Assembly: GCA_026023565.1 (NCBI GenBank)
Contig: JAPETS010000008.1
Coordinates: 310,001 to 374,000, forward strand
Direction: 5' to 3'
Source of the DNA: Cirrosporium novae-zelandiae
Taxonomy: Eukaryota
DNA length: 64,000 bases
How positions within the stretch are numbered: position 1 is the stretch's first letter; every line of letters begins with the position of its first letter. Positions 38,301 to 47,492 of this stretch are shown here, piece after piece. The notes beneath the pieces were generated by a model. It saw only the letters and a program-made list of their open reading frames with translations. It had not been told where the DNA came from and ran no database searches. A program made the translations under genes and the position numbers.

Positions 38301-41300
38301 AGGGGTGGGAAGCCTCCGAACAACACTTTCAATACTATTCACGCTTGCTTTATCATCATCTAGGTGAAATGCATCAGGTTGTTTATAATCCTGTCCGGAT
38401 AATCCTCCTCCAGCCCCCGCGGTCCCTAAATTGGGATCCATTTCCTCAATGATAGGTTCTGGCATTTGAGGGAATGGCATTGCTGGAGGCTTCACACCCT
38501 TTAAACCATGGTTTTGAAGATTCTGGGCATCGATTCCTGTTTCCGGCAATAGCCAAGACGTTCGTAATGTTCTTTGGTCGTGTAGCCTCACGTGTTCTTG
38601 CTGAAGAGCTCGTTCTTGACCAAAATTCGGTTTTCGCTCGATCATTGTAAACTCCACAGTCGTTTGAAGCCATCCATAGGTAACTGCAACGCTGCTGCGG
38701 CCCCGATTTCGAATAGCTGCCTGCGCAGCTACCGTTGAAAGCGTCAAATTCGGAATGGTCAGATGTAGCTTTTCAGAGTATGCGCTATTAGCACGATCAT
38801 TGAAATCGAGGCTAATGCTAGCTGTGTCAAGTAATAGAGCATCATCGTTGATATGGACCCAAATGCAAACAGGCTGGGTTTTAAGACGGAGGAATGTGAC
38901 ATCGTGGAGATTGACCGTCTGTTTCGAGGGAAGGGCATTCTCCTTATCGTCAAGCGAGAACATAAGGTCGGATATGGAACCAGCAATGACCCGTAAAAAT
39001 TTTCCCGAACACTCTCCCTTGATGCATCCAATATCGAAATCCCAATTGCAGACATAGGTAGGTTCTGTTGGAGGTAGACCAAAAAGCCTGTGGCCATAAA
39101 TATTAAAACCATCAATAAAAAGCTCAGTGCCTGATACAGAATCGGCTGGTCCTTCCCTCTTGTTGGAATGCTTAAGGGAGATAGCAAGGGGACTAAAATT
39201 AGCTTCGATATCCATGTAATAATTCGTAAACCTGAGGTCGGCTTTAACAGAGTCTGCATCAATCTTGATGCTTTCTCGTGCTTCATACAGTGTAGCGGGG
39301 AACAAAGCACATATGTTATCGGCCGTAACGCTCAAAATTACATCTAGATCATTGCTGACCTTTTGTAGCTGGGAGGTCTCTTCCGTTATTCGCGGAGTAT
39401 CAACTCTGACAAAGGCACCTTGATATTCTTCCAAAGTTTTGAAATGAACATCGTCTCCAAAGTAGTTTTCTTTAATCTGCATAAAGTAACGAAGTGCAAA
39501 TCCAAAGAATGTAAAGGCTGGATGAAAACCTCCAATGTCTAAAAAGAGAGTATCTGTAAGACTAGTTGATGTTTGAGAGAAATAATCATAATACCCAGAT
39601 AATGTAAGTAACTTTAAAGAACCGACTGTTTTTTCATCAAGAAAGGTATCTTGAGTGTTCCAAGCGGGAAGGCTTAGCCTTAATTGCATACCTCTGCCAG
39701 TTGCATCAAAGCCTATCTGGTTTTGGTTTGGATTTAGCTTTTCCAAGGGTATCGAAACTTGGCCTTCTAAAGATTCGCCTTCAAGAATGACAAAGGTATT
39801 GTCTTCAAGGTCTGAGGGATTGTCGATGATATTGGCATCGTTGACGTTTAGATAAAGCTTGAAGTTGAGGAAACGTATATTTATTGAGTAATGAAACGGG
39901 ACGAAGGTATAAAACTCTGGTGAAGGCCCTGAGGCCCAGTCGCCGATCAAATCAGTCAATAGAAACATATGATCGCGAAGCAAGAACATATCCATCCGAT
40001 CACTAACGACATCAAACTTCCAAAACCTCTGGCCGTCCCACGCAAGTGGGGTTGAGAGGTCACAAGATATTATTTGAGGACCGCATTGCCAAAGGTCTCC
40101 ATGGTTGACACTGGACGACATATTTGTCCCCTGCAAGTCAAAATTGAGTTTGCTTTTATAACCGGATTTTCCAGGAATCATATCAGCGGTATAAGTTAAA
40201 GTTGAATCCGGCATTATTCGTAGGGACAACCATCCAAATGAGCGTGTATTAGGGGTAGAAGTGTTAGACTCGGCCTTGCTAAACCTAGAGTGCCTCCTTT
40301 TCCCCTTTTGCTTTTGCTGAGGATTATTGCCACTGGTGGTTTCAGGCTGTCCCTTCCATTGCCAATCCTTGGAGCCTTCCCGTGTAGGAATCCGCATCGT
40401 TAATTCTTTTTCAATATCTAGGCGTAGGCGAAACATTGTACTAATGCGCGAAGCGCCGGGCTCAAGCTTTACAGCCTCATCTGAGTCCATAAAAGGATTT
40501 GGGAAAAATGCATTCTGCAAATCTGCACGTTGGCGATCGGTCCAAGGGCCGTAGCAAATATCGCCTCCACGAACTCTTACATCAATCCCCCACTCTGGTG
40601 GTGGTCCATTGTTGATATTTTCCGATTCTTCTGCTAGTTCGCCTATTTGGTTGTTGTCGGGAACCACACCGGGAACGTCCCAATACACGGTAAGATCAAT
40701 ACTTGGGCAATCGAGAATAGTCGAGTATCGTGCATATTCTACGGTTGTCCATTTCTCCCCTCCATCTTGCTCATTATCATCAAGATAACGAGTTAATCCA
40801 ACCCAACGTCCCTCGCCAGGGAAGCTAGACTCAGCATAAGATTTCCTATAGCTTGTAGAAGGCGCACCAGTTCCATGATGTAGTGATTCTACAGAGGTTT
40901 GAAAGTAAGGTACCAGGGATTGAACAGTGCGCCACAGTTGGCGTTTACGACGGTTAAAAAAGCGGCGATAGCTTCTAGTGGATTTGGGATCCTCGTTTTT
41001 GAGGCCTTTGTTTCTAATTCGAATAGCAGCATCGTTTTGAGTTGCAGTGAAATCAGGATTCGGTTTCAATTGGATGACGGGGTCCGAAAATTCGAAATTG
41101 ATCAATTGCTTATAGTGGTCCAGAGAGCCCGCTTCGCCAATATCGATTTGGCCAGTACCACTTGAAAACTTCACAGTAAGAACACACCTGGTGGTTTCGT
41201 TTCCAACAACAAATGCTCCTTTATGACATTGAATTTCTAGCGGCAAAATGTTTAAAAAGCCTAAGTCAGGGGCTAGCTCGCTGTTTGCCCTCGGCTCCCC

Positions 41301-42227
41301 GTCTTCAATTGAATCCTGTCCGGAGTCTCTTCTAAAAAATTTTCGCCTAAGGTAATTAGCTTTCTTGAATAGTTTTATGACTCTCAGTTTGGCGATAACG
41401 AAAGAGGCAGCGTTTTTATAGTAAGAGAAGCCACTATTAGAGTTCGACCGTTCTTGAGCTTCTTTGGATCTATCGTTTCCGTTTGGCATTCCAGCACTGT
41501 CATCTCTCTCAGAATTACTCTGCCGCAAGGGTGTTTCAGCTTGGCTGTTGACCCCTCGATCACACCCTGTCTGTTCTTGAAGGCGTGATATTATTCCATC
41601 ATATGCTGGGCTGCGGTTGTAAACGAACCATTCAAGACCCCGAATGCTCACTGAAATTCGAAAAGGGAGCCCACTGGCTTCACGCAAGCCACCCGTTTCA
41701 CATCTAGCTTGATTTGCATTGGCTTTCTGGTTTCCATTATCTCTGCTATCCTCCTCGGTTTCAGACTCGGAACGTTGATGACATTTTTCGATTCGGGCCT
41801 TATCAATAGATCGAGTATTACGATACCAATATTGCCAGGTTATGTAGCCATCATGAACGTGGACCGTTTCGTTAACGCCATGGTATCTGAGGCCTTTGAA
41901 CAGCACCCTTCCACCGAGGAAGGATATCTGGAGGGCTTCGATGTCGATATAAACCCGATACTTGTGCCATGTATATGCCCGTAACCCGTATGATACAAGA
42001 GTTGCAAAGAGCCGATTAAAATAGAATAGGAAGAATAAGGCTCTACAATTATCAGCATTTGATAATCGACCAGATTGAATGGGAGCCTTACGCAATGCCA
42101 CACACGAGGAGTTCCACAAGAAACACCCTATTCGGAGCATTAGCATTAGAAGAACAATCTGAAAAAGGTAGGCATACCAATTGAATTTATTGTCCGCTGT
42201 CAAGGGCTGGCCAGTGAGACCGGCCAT
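32367..42227 (-). CDS. CSF1: Csf1 / bridge-like lipid transfer protein (BLTP1/Tweek family), about 3250 aa
   Basis: Giant ORF. Spliced N-terminus FNWVFLVELLVCGIAALFFLFYFNRLFA, then LQISFLGGR, GLEWFVYNRSPAYD, YGPWTDRQRA.LQ..FFP, HRLFGLPPTEPTYVCNWD and C-terminal PQLRDMGEATPPLEWIGLHRDRLP. Two short introns predicted at 42128-42177 and 42043-42091. Confidence 0.93.
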   Translation of the reverse strand: MAGLTGQPLTADNKFNWYAYLFQIVLLMLMLRIGCFLWNSSCVALRKAPIQSGRLSNADNCRALFFLFYFNRLFATLVSYGLRAYTWHKYRVYIDIEALQISFLGGRVLFKGLRYHGVNETVHVHDGYITWQYWYRNTRSIDKARIEKCHQRSESETEEDSRDNGNQKANANQARCETGGLREASGLPFRISVSIRGLEWFVYNRSPAYDGIISRLQEQTGCDRGVNSQAETPLRQSNSERDDSAGMPNGNDRSKEAQERSNSNSGFSYYKNAASFVIAKLRVIKLFKKANYLRRKFFRRDSGQDSIEDGEPRANSELAPDLGFLNILPLEIQCHKGAFVVGNETTRCVLTVKFSSGTGQIDIGEAGSLDHYKQLINFEFSDPVIQLKPNPDFTATQNDAAIRIRNKGLKNEDPKSTRSYRRFFNRRKRQLWRTVQSLVPYFQTSVESLHHGTGAPSTSYRKSYAESSFPGEGRWVGLTRYLDDNEQDGGEKWTTVEYARYSTILDCPSIDLTVYWDVPGVVPDNNQIGELAEESENINNGPPPEWGIDVRVRGGDICYGPWTDRQRADLQNAFFPNPFMDSDEAVKLEPGASRISTMFRLRLDIEKELTMRIPTREGSKDWQWKGQPETTSGNNPQQKQKGKRRHSRFSKAESNTSTPNTRSFGWLSLRIMPDSTLTYTADMIPGKSGYKSKLNFDLQGTNMSSSVNHGDLWQCGPQIISCDLSTPLAWDGQRFWKFDVVSDRMDMFLLRDHMFLLTDLIGDWASGPSPEFYTFVPFHYSINIRFLNFKLYLNVNDANIIDNPSDLEDNTFVILEGESLEGQVSIPLEKLNPNQNQIGFDATGRGMQLRLSLPAWNTQDTFLDEKTVGSLKLLTLSGYYDYFSQTSTSLTDTLFLDIGGFHPAFTFFGFALRYFMQIKENYFGDDVHFKTLEEYQGAFVRVDTPRITEETSQLQKVSNDLDVILSVTADNICALFPATLYEARESIKIDADSVKADLRFTNYYMDIEANFSPLAISLKHSNKREGPADSVSGTELFIDGFNIYGHRLFGLPPTEPTYVCNWDFDIGCIKGECSGKFLRVIAGSISDLMFSLDDKENALPSKQTVNLHDVTFLRLKTQPVCIWVHINDDALLLDTASISLDFNDRANSAYSEKLHLTIPNLTLSTVAAQAAIRNRGRSSVAVTYGWLQTTVEFTMIERKPNFGQERALQQEHVRLHDQRTLRTSWLLPETGIDAQNLQNHGLKGVKPPAMPFPQMPEPIIEEMDPNLGTAGAGGGLSGQDYKQPDAFHLDDDKASVNSIESVVRRLPTPGARSSPELRRPVSSRSHATSFISSQLGDEAGMLPSSLMMGFSSSWSSPYFPLQGVQPDPEEAPNFYSTNDPSSLFNLPDTALQGSVVQSPEEDVIHKSFVIDLQPGLRGFASPRLIYTISQLLDVVQPPHPAALLDKLQIDSISEIEKEEKLKTGDGQTLDFNISIPIICLRFMDPYENHYGPVANVHRDQYDLSLNKATVSARFGNDSDVSSETERQSREAFHVSIGNVTIAAQEQFSQSSNEKMAVRGDIREAAFWLVSSSTTTGDVKVKAIEIVTSSNAVAYLATLGFRIYELVDSLTAEFKNVTLSQNERLRSLAYYLTMAGGNISDPPFLTRHSGLLRAADRHLRSHDSWKIVARFRYIYEMLSPEQKEQLIDQCEKKKNTCPPDGKSCVIDGFDAWRSWDLAHVQTSYVMQKIWGSMIQQADETSPNTTKPIQTTAVLGTAKIILDPGPNQNEIIVDGLSCGCAINALAESGDGTPTVSNTQTTTVNAYVFSDDVTVRLNWELCELAEEMLKLYHSDEKRTSSLISIAESTSSTTTSYEQLHVVFGVDTGTLTLDGIHLELVGLGEGLKGSVIQKKREDLSEPPFLSVLLSAETASIEALNHSQSLVFSQVDRPSISISRIVEDMEPARLNLWKVAGATQRLSVDVTEDILTLLEIANGVVVDEVRHIHRLVLANSNQDGSSTPTTCSSTFVSPRHHKFTVALFLDAYTFNIALFQSLSYVISGTAVRTSIAPLKASSHAIDFDIHEQTHGFESRSLQDIQNISLLEMPPINGRIIVTRRAEETVLNISTTFESIMLDAAAVHGVLTTVNRPEVSAVIKDIRRAGKSIQKEVTKIFGSSPQPQLTETKSTLVYYAHVAMAGLGVHATTHGKDDSSTTVDFNFGSVQIRATNRLEQALVLKYPEISLHLHQIVFALSQSDRTQTRPCGNLHFGAYLSCTSKYNESHNLVRAYEIESDSLELNMFAETAPLIVDVLGELQSKMKELDLSREVRHLRKLRRLTKAHITFFPEEHDDDASQETAEEQPPQSLFNSMYSLQLRNIQISWIVGHSIATTSGRIAEDLVFSCKKIDLATRKENAARLMIQDLQLQMVPSDQKKVQRSLNSALLPEVIFNVAYLSTKRDWRIAFQAAAKSLDLRITSDIIIPASMLQSSIATASTKLREATAAWAAKPTQDTSEDVSVKRNLFGKKKLSSLLIDTDFAGAVVYIQSANANDNNQSRSAFSDSRHSSHGRYGQFYFGDTGSNTTLRSPGVAVKIGYKDFGVGEPSLNADIKVDASSNILYPTVVPLILEISSSIKEVVGKSGEPTTAEKLKPAQEKFLDEKSLRSGDPSVILGQCRLNIGLRICRQEFSLSCQPIARVAATACFEDIYFTINTVQSVEQNRFFAISSTITNLQASVQHVYSRESTASFDVQSIVLSFMNSRHVSGVNGLSAIIKVSPMKTEVNAKQLQDFLLFREIWFPPSVQTNTTNTQGTESGSRTIMVQKYQQVANAGAFPWNATIAIEELDICIDLGQALGKPTLVVSNFWVSSKKTSNWEQNLCIGFDRIGIESAGRMSGFVNLQQFRVRGSIRWPSKDMESYQTPLVQASIGFDALQVKAAFDYQAFLICNISTFEILMYNVREELQGDRLVGILDGNSVQVFCTSTSASEALALMQALSRLGQEKQEAFRSSLRDIEKFLRRKSARSQSFGQGASTESPKKPEDQVEIPISLQTDVVVTLKSIHAGAFPGTFFDNQVFKIEASDTQARFAVVLEGGKVHSGLGLTLGQLRVALSGVHRPNVPKALGEVSVDEVATNVIGSRGGTILKVPKVIAKMQTWQAVGSNNIDYIFKSSFEGKVDVGWNYARISFIRSMWMKHTETLAQRLGKPLPRSAVQITGGPRPEGSKKEEGKGDQEKITAVVNVPQSKFEYTAMEQPTIDTPQLRDMGEATPPLEWIGLHRDRLPNITHQLLIVTLLGLAKEVEDAYLKILGST

Positions 42228-42727
42228 GTTGAAGTCTAGTCTGCTTCAAGAACCGTTGTTGCTGTTGGTTCATTGTCCGTACAGCTTATCAGGGGTTTTG
42301 TCTTTCTCTCATCCTAGATTTTGAAGGAAGCATGGTAAAAGTAAATACTGTAGATTTGCCTAAGCAGAGTAAATGGTAGACCGGTGGTGGTCAAAGCACT
42401 ACTTTCTAGATGCGCCGATGCGCACGCGTGTCTACCGAAGCGATGAACTCTGAACTCCGAATGATGGATGGGTCTACTCGTGACGTCCGTACAACCTTAC
42501 ACTCCTTCTAGGAAGCTCCTTTAACTTCCCCACCATGAGCTAGCACTTTACATACAGTACTACCACCTTGTCAATTCTAGGCATCCTCTTTATGCCCTTC
42601 TACATATTCGCTCTCTTCTCTTGACGGGGAAAAGGGTGTTTACACTAGTATTGAGGGCCATAAACCCTTTTCTTTCCTTCTTAAACATCTACCAAAATCT
42701 CTCTTGGCCTGGAGCTATTTATACAAA

Positions 42728-44913
42728 ATGGGTGACAATCCCGGGGGAGGTACTGGAAATCAACTTACTAGAGCCACAATCATAGTTGCGGGAGTTGCAG
42801 CTTTAGTTGCCTCTCTACTTTCATTTGTGTATGTTTCTTGTCCTTTTCTCAACAACAACCACCAACTTAGCTAACCAAACTTTCTCTCAGTGCAATATGG
42901 CTACAACTGTACGTCTTAGCAGAACTATATCCATTTCGATATTAACAATCTATGCAGCAAAAACTACCGGAAACCCCTCCTTCAACGATATGTCGTTCGC
43001 ATCTTGTTGATGTATATTTTTCCATAGTCTAATTTATAACATCGATGATGCTCATGGCTACCAGGGTTCCAATATATTCGGCCTCGTCCTGGGCGAGCAT
43101 TGTGTCTTTACAAGCTGCGTTCTACTTGGATCCAATCAGAGACATCTATGAGGTCGGTGGACATCATACACTACGTGTTCCACATCTACTCATTGAGATA
43201 TATAGGCATTTACGATATATACCTTCTTCCAACTCTTAATCAATTTCATTGGTGGCGAGCGAGCCTTAATCATCATGATGCATGGACGACCGCCCGTCCA
43301 TCACCCATGGCCCTTGGACAGATGCCTTTCGAAAGTTGACATATCAGACCCTCATACCTTTCTCGCCGTCAAACGAGGCATTCTACAATATGCTTGGCTC
43401 AAACCCATACTTAGTATTGCAACAATCGCAATGAAGTTGACCGACACCTATGAAGAAGGCTACCTAGGGCTTAAGTCCGGATATCTATGGGTTGGGATCC
43501 TTTATAATATGAGTGTTACGCTCAGTTTGTACTCGTTGGCAATGTTCTGGGTCTGTATGGCTCAAGATTTGAAACCGTTCCGACCAGTACCTAAATTTCT
43601 TTGCATCAAGTTGATTATATTTGCATCTTATTGGCAAGGGTTTTTCCTTTCTATACTACAATGGCTTGGGGCTATACCAAACAACGTCCCGGGATATACA
43701 CCTGACAATCTTGCTGCTGCCATACAGGATTCCTTGATCTGTTTTGAAATGCCTATCTTTGCCGTCGCCCATTGGTACGCATTTTCGTGGCATGACTATG
43801 CAGATGTTACCATATCCGCTGCTAGAATGCCTGTCAAATACGCATTTCGTGATGCCTTCGGAATCCGTGACCTTATTGAAGACAGTAAAGAAACATTTCG
43901 CGGTAGCAGCTACGGATATAGATCTTTCGATTCAGGTGATAATGTCCTTGCGCATGAAGAATCGGCCTCCCGGGTTGCGAGACAGATGGAAGGTCTCAGG
44001 TATCAGCGTGGCGGGAAAAGCAAGTATTGGATACCGAAACCAGGAGATGTCAGCAGTCGGACTCCCTTACTCTATGGTACTATAGGGTCTTCTTCGCATA
44101 TTCGCAATGGTCTCGATGAATATCAGGCAACTGAGGGTTCAGAAGATCCCACGATAGACCCTGAAGATGAGCGACTTTTTACGAGCGCGCGAGCTTTGGA
44201 ATATGGGGACTGGAATGTGCGGTTTTTAATATATGTTATATCCAAAATTGATTACTAACTCATGTATAGTATCCTGTGGTAACCGCTCACGAGGCTCCAC
44301 GAGATCTTCGACTGCATCAGGAGCCTAATGTCATCAGTACTGCAACTAATAGGAAGCTTCTTCACCCGACTAAACACCACAAGGCCCGCCGCCAACGCAA
44401 AATCGAGAGAACCCTTGACAAAGGTAAACATCGAACAAGCTCCACCGGTGGGAGGACCTCAAAATCTCCGAGCAGGGCTCCAGTTCTAGAGGGCAGATTA
44501 GAAAGTACATCGGGCGCCGATTCTAAAAAGCTTGACAGAAGCCAACTTGTCGATCTCGTTGTAGAAGATGAAGAGGAGGAAGAGACAGAACGCATACGTG
44601 CTCGAAAGGAAGGTGGTCCTGCTTGGAATAAAGCAGAGCCTAAGTATTTCGTGTAAGTAAAAGTAACCATCCCTGTCGGAATACTGATTGCTCAATTGCA
44701 GCTCTTAGTAAAACTTATGACGACGAAGAGCAAGGCAAAGCTATTCGGATTGGCTTTGAACCTAGTAAAATCAAGATCACGTCGGAATCGGAATTTGCGG
44801 TTGGCGGTGACGAAGATGAAGATGAAAGTGGGGGGTCTTCAAAACGAAGTCCGGACTATGGAGACATTAATGAAGAAGGCAACCCTTGGGCTGCCAGTAA
44901 TGGTCAGCCATGA
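42728..44913 (+). CDS. HFL1: TMEM184/OST-alpha (DUF300) family vacuolar membrane protein, Hfl1-like, multi-exon
   Basis: Spliced NYRKPLLQRYVVRILLMVPIYS, RDIYEAFTIYTF, GGER, KRGILQY, PKFLCIKLIIFASYWQ, QD.LICFEM, YGDWNYPV. Includes an 18-nt micro-exon at 42891-42908. Confidence 0.9.
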
Positions 44914-45491
44914 GGCTGATCATCATCGTTTTGCTGGAGATATCAATATTAATAATGATGTTGCGTACCTCTGTAACACCATCTGAGCATTGTGAGCGGC
45001 GTTGGATATTTACTGCAAGAGCTGAACTCAAGAGGCTTGTATTCTAGCAATGATACCCGTATAATTAATAGAAAAGAGCTTCACTACTTTGCTTCACAAT
45101 AATAGACGAAGCAGCTGGAATGACTTTCTTCCAAAGCAGTTTTGTTTCGCGAGTATAATGGACAACGAGAATGAAAATGAAGGACAAATGATGATAAGGA
45201 TGGAGCAAGAATGGGGAGCCTTGAACAAGTCAGATTATAATTTATGTCAATTTTGAATAAAAACTGATTTGTATTTTTTATATGTTGGGAGATCTTTCAA
45301 GCAAACCTAGGTTATAATCGAGAATTTTGAAGGCTCCCATGCTCCCAAGGCCTCATTTTCTACTGCACCTTCTACACTCGCTCGGCCGAGAGGACTCCAA
45401 GCTCCCCCTCCTCAAACCTCTAGTTACGATTTCTCACAAACCCCAGAATCACCCCCCCTATTCCACTCTTTCAAGCTCAATCAGCTTTATC

Positions 45492-46063
45492 ATGGCTCCT
45501 TCATTCCAACGACAGCAACAGCAAAAACCCCCTCCCCCCAAACCCAAACTCCATTCTCATCCCCCCAGATCAATTCCTCAGTCCAGACCCTCTTTACCAG
45601 CTACTCACAAGGTCCGCAATATCATCCTCGCCATTGCCATCTTTTCTATTACTTGCACGGGGGCTTGGTATGGAGCCGGATTAAAGATGAAACGGGAACA
45701 TAAGCAGGTTCGTCAACAAAGCCTCCATGGTTTAATTTTTTACTAGCAAGGCGGGTTCCCGAGTTTCTATCTAGTCTCGTTTTTTGTCTTGCGTGCTACG
45801 AAACCCCCTAGGAATAGTTGAATGATTGAAAAATAGCCTAGCTAACCTAAACGCGCTCCCGCATCCAAATCTAGACTATCAAAGAACAAATCTCCGCACT
45901 CCCCATAGACAGAATCGCCCAACTCACAACATCCCGGCAGCGGTTGATTCGGCAGCGAACGGAGCTCGAGCGGAAGATAGCGGATGTGCGAAGTCGAATG
46001 CAAAGTCAAACCCAAAGTCAGTCTGGTGATGCCGATGGTAGTGGAAGGAAAGGGCAAGATTGA
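45492..46063 (+). CDS. Small single-TM + coiled-coil hypothetical protein, 2 exons
   Basis: MAPSF...RNIILAIAIFSITCTGAWYGAGLKMKREHKQ spliced (GTTCGT...GCTAAC...CTAG) to TIKEQ...RIAQL...R..L...RTELERKI. Confidence 0.75.
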
Positions 46064-46314
46064 CAGTTTTATAAGATATAAAGAACGTGCATATAATTGG
46101 CTTAAATAGTGAGGATTGGAGTGTCTAGACAGCAGGGTGGAATCTAGCAGGGGACATACTAGGTGGCAGGGCATGTCTCTAATATCAAGTTCGGGTAATG
46201 AGAATGTATTTCTTCATGATACTCAATGAACAGCCATCTTCCCCTTCCTCCCTCGCTCCCTCTCTCCCTCGCGCCGATGATAATGACTCATTTTCTTGTC
46301 CATATATCGTCTCT

Positions 46315-46413
46315 AGGCTATGATGAACATCCCTCGCGCTGATTCTCAACGAATCTTGTCTCTATCTCCAATACTTTGTGGAGTGATGACCGAAGCTCTA
46401 TGAAACCGAGTCC
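46315..46413 (+). ncRNA. Candidate box C/D snoRNA
   Basis: C box ATGATGA 46320-46326, D' CTGA 46339-46342, C' GTGATGA 46383-46389, degenerate D (ATGA 46400-46403 or CCGA 46406-46409). About 95 nt, downstream of a CT-rich tract. Confidence 0.45.
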
Positions 46414-47492
46414 ACTTTCCATCTTTCCTTCTCAAATCCAACTCGCCATTTCAACCAGTCACACACGCACATCCATCCCTTTTTCCCTCGACGGAAAGTA
46501 AGGGTTTCAAATCATGAATACATGAATTAAACATCACATAGTCTGGCTTAGCGAACAAAGAAAAGCGGGCTTTTGATGCTTGAAACCTGTGGTAACGTTA
46601 TCGATATCAAAAGCAGCACGCAAGCAACCGGCAAACCCTAATCGCTCTAGGGTTACTGTAGGATGGGTTTACTGGGCGCTCAGACCACCTAGGCCATGAT
46701 GCAAAGCATTACTTAAGGGGCGTGCCGTAACGGCTAAAGTCCTAACCCTACAGCTACTCTCGTCGTTACTCTTGGGTATTGTCTCTGCCTACCATACTAT
46801 GGTGGGGTGGGATAGAGTGTATACTGGATAGATGTGGTGTGAACCCAGTCAGCTTCCAGGAAAAGAACAAGAAAATAAAAGGATACGAAATAAGAAATAA
46901 ATATCACATACACCCGCCTTAAACTACTAGACTCAAACATGATATTCATTCTGAAAGAAAAACAAAAGGGGAGGGATTATTTCTACCCAGGTACTCGTAG
47001 ACTAAATAATTGAATGATAGCATACCTAGATGCTTTTTAAAAGACGGGACTAGCCGGTAGTCGGTAGAGAATACCACGTCCTTGATTCAATCTAGCTATG
47101 TAGCTCCAGCTACAGCTCAGAAAGAAAAATAATGTTAAATAAAGTTTAAACATACAGTCGGATTTTGCATTATAGCGAAGTACGATAAAGAAATTTAATA
47201 AGAATGTACACGTATATCCGATTTATAGTCACAGTTATCTATTTAGTTGCCCGCTATATGACATCTATTCCTAACTAAAATATATATCTATCCCCGCCAA
47301 TTCCTCCAAATATCTAATTCTAAACAAACCCTTTAAACCATATATATGTATAATATATATATATATTCATGACGCATCCGGGGGGGAATATCAGTCATCA
47401 ACAATCATGCTGTGCCGTCATCATGATCCATTCGTTCGTTCGTTCGTCCGGTCATGCACATAAGCATACATATCTATACATCATCATCGTCA

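Noticed and set aside
41340..41420. Possible extra intron in CSF1 (GCTAAT...CTTAG on the minus strand)
   Set aside because: No convincing GT donor at a suitable distance, and the frame is open anyway.
46741..46750. CCTAACCCTA as a telomerase template
   Set aside because: No downstream U-rich pseudoknot strand, too little room before the convergent lipase gene, and it is equally explained as a branch site or stem strand.
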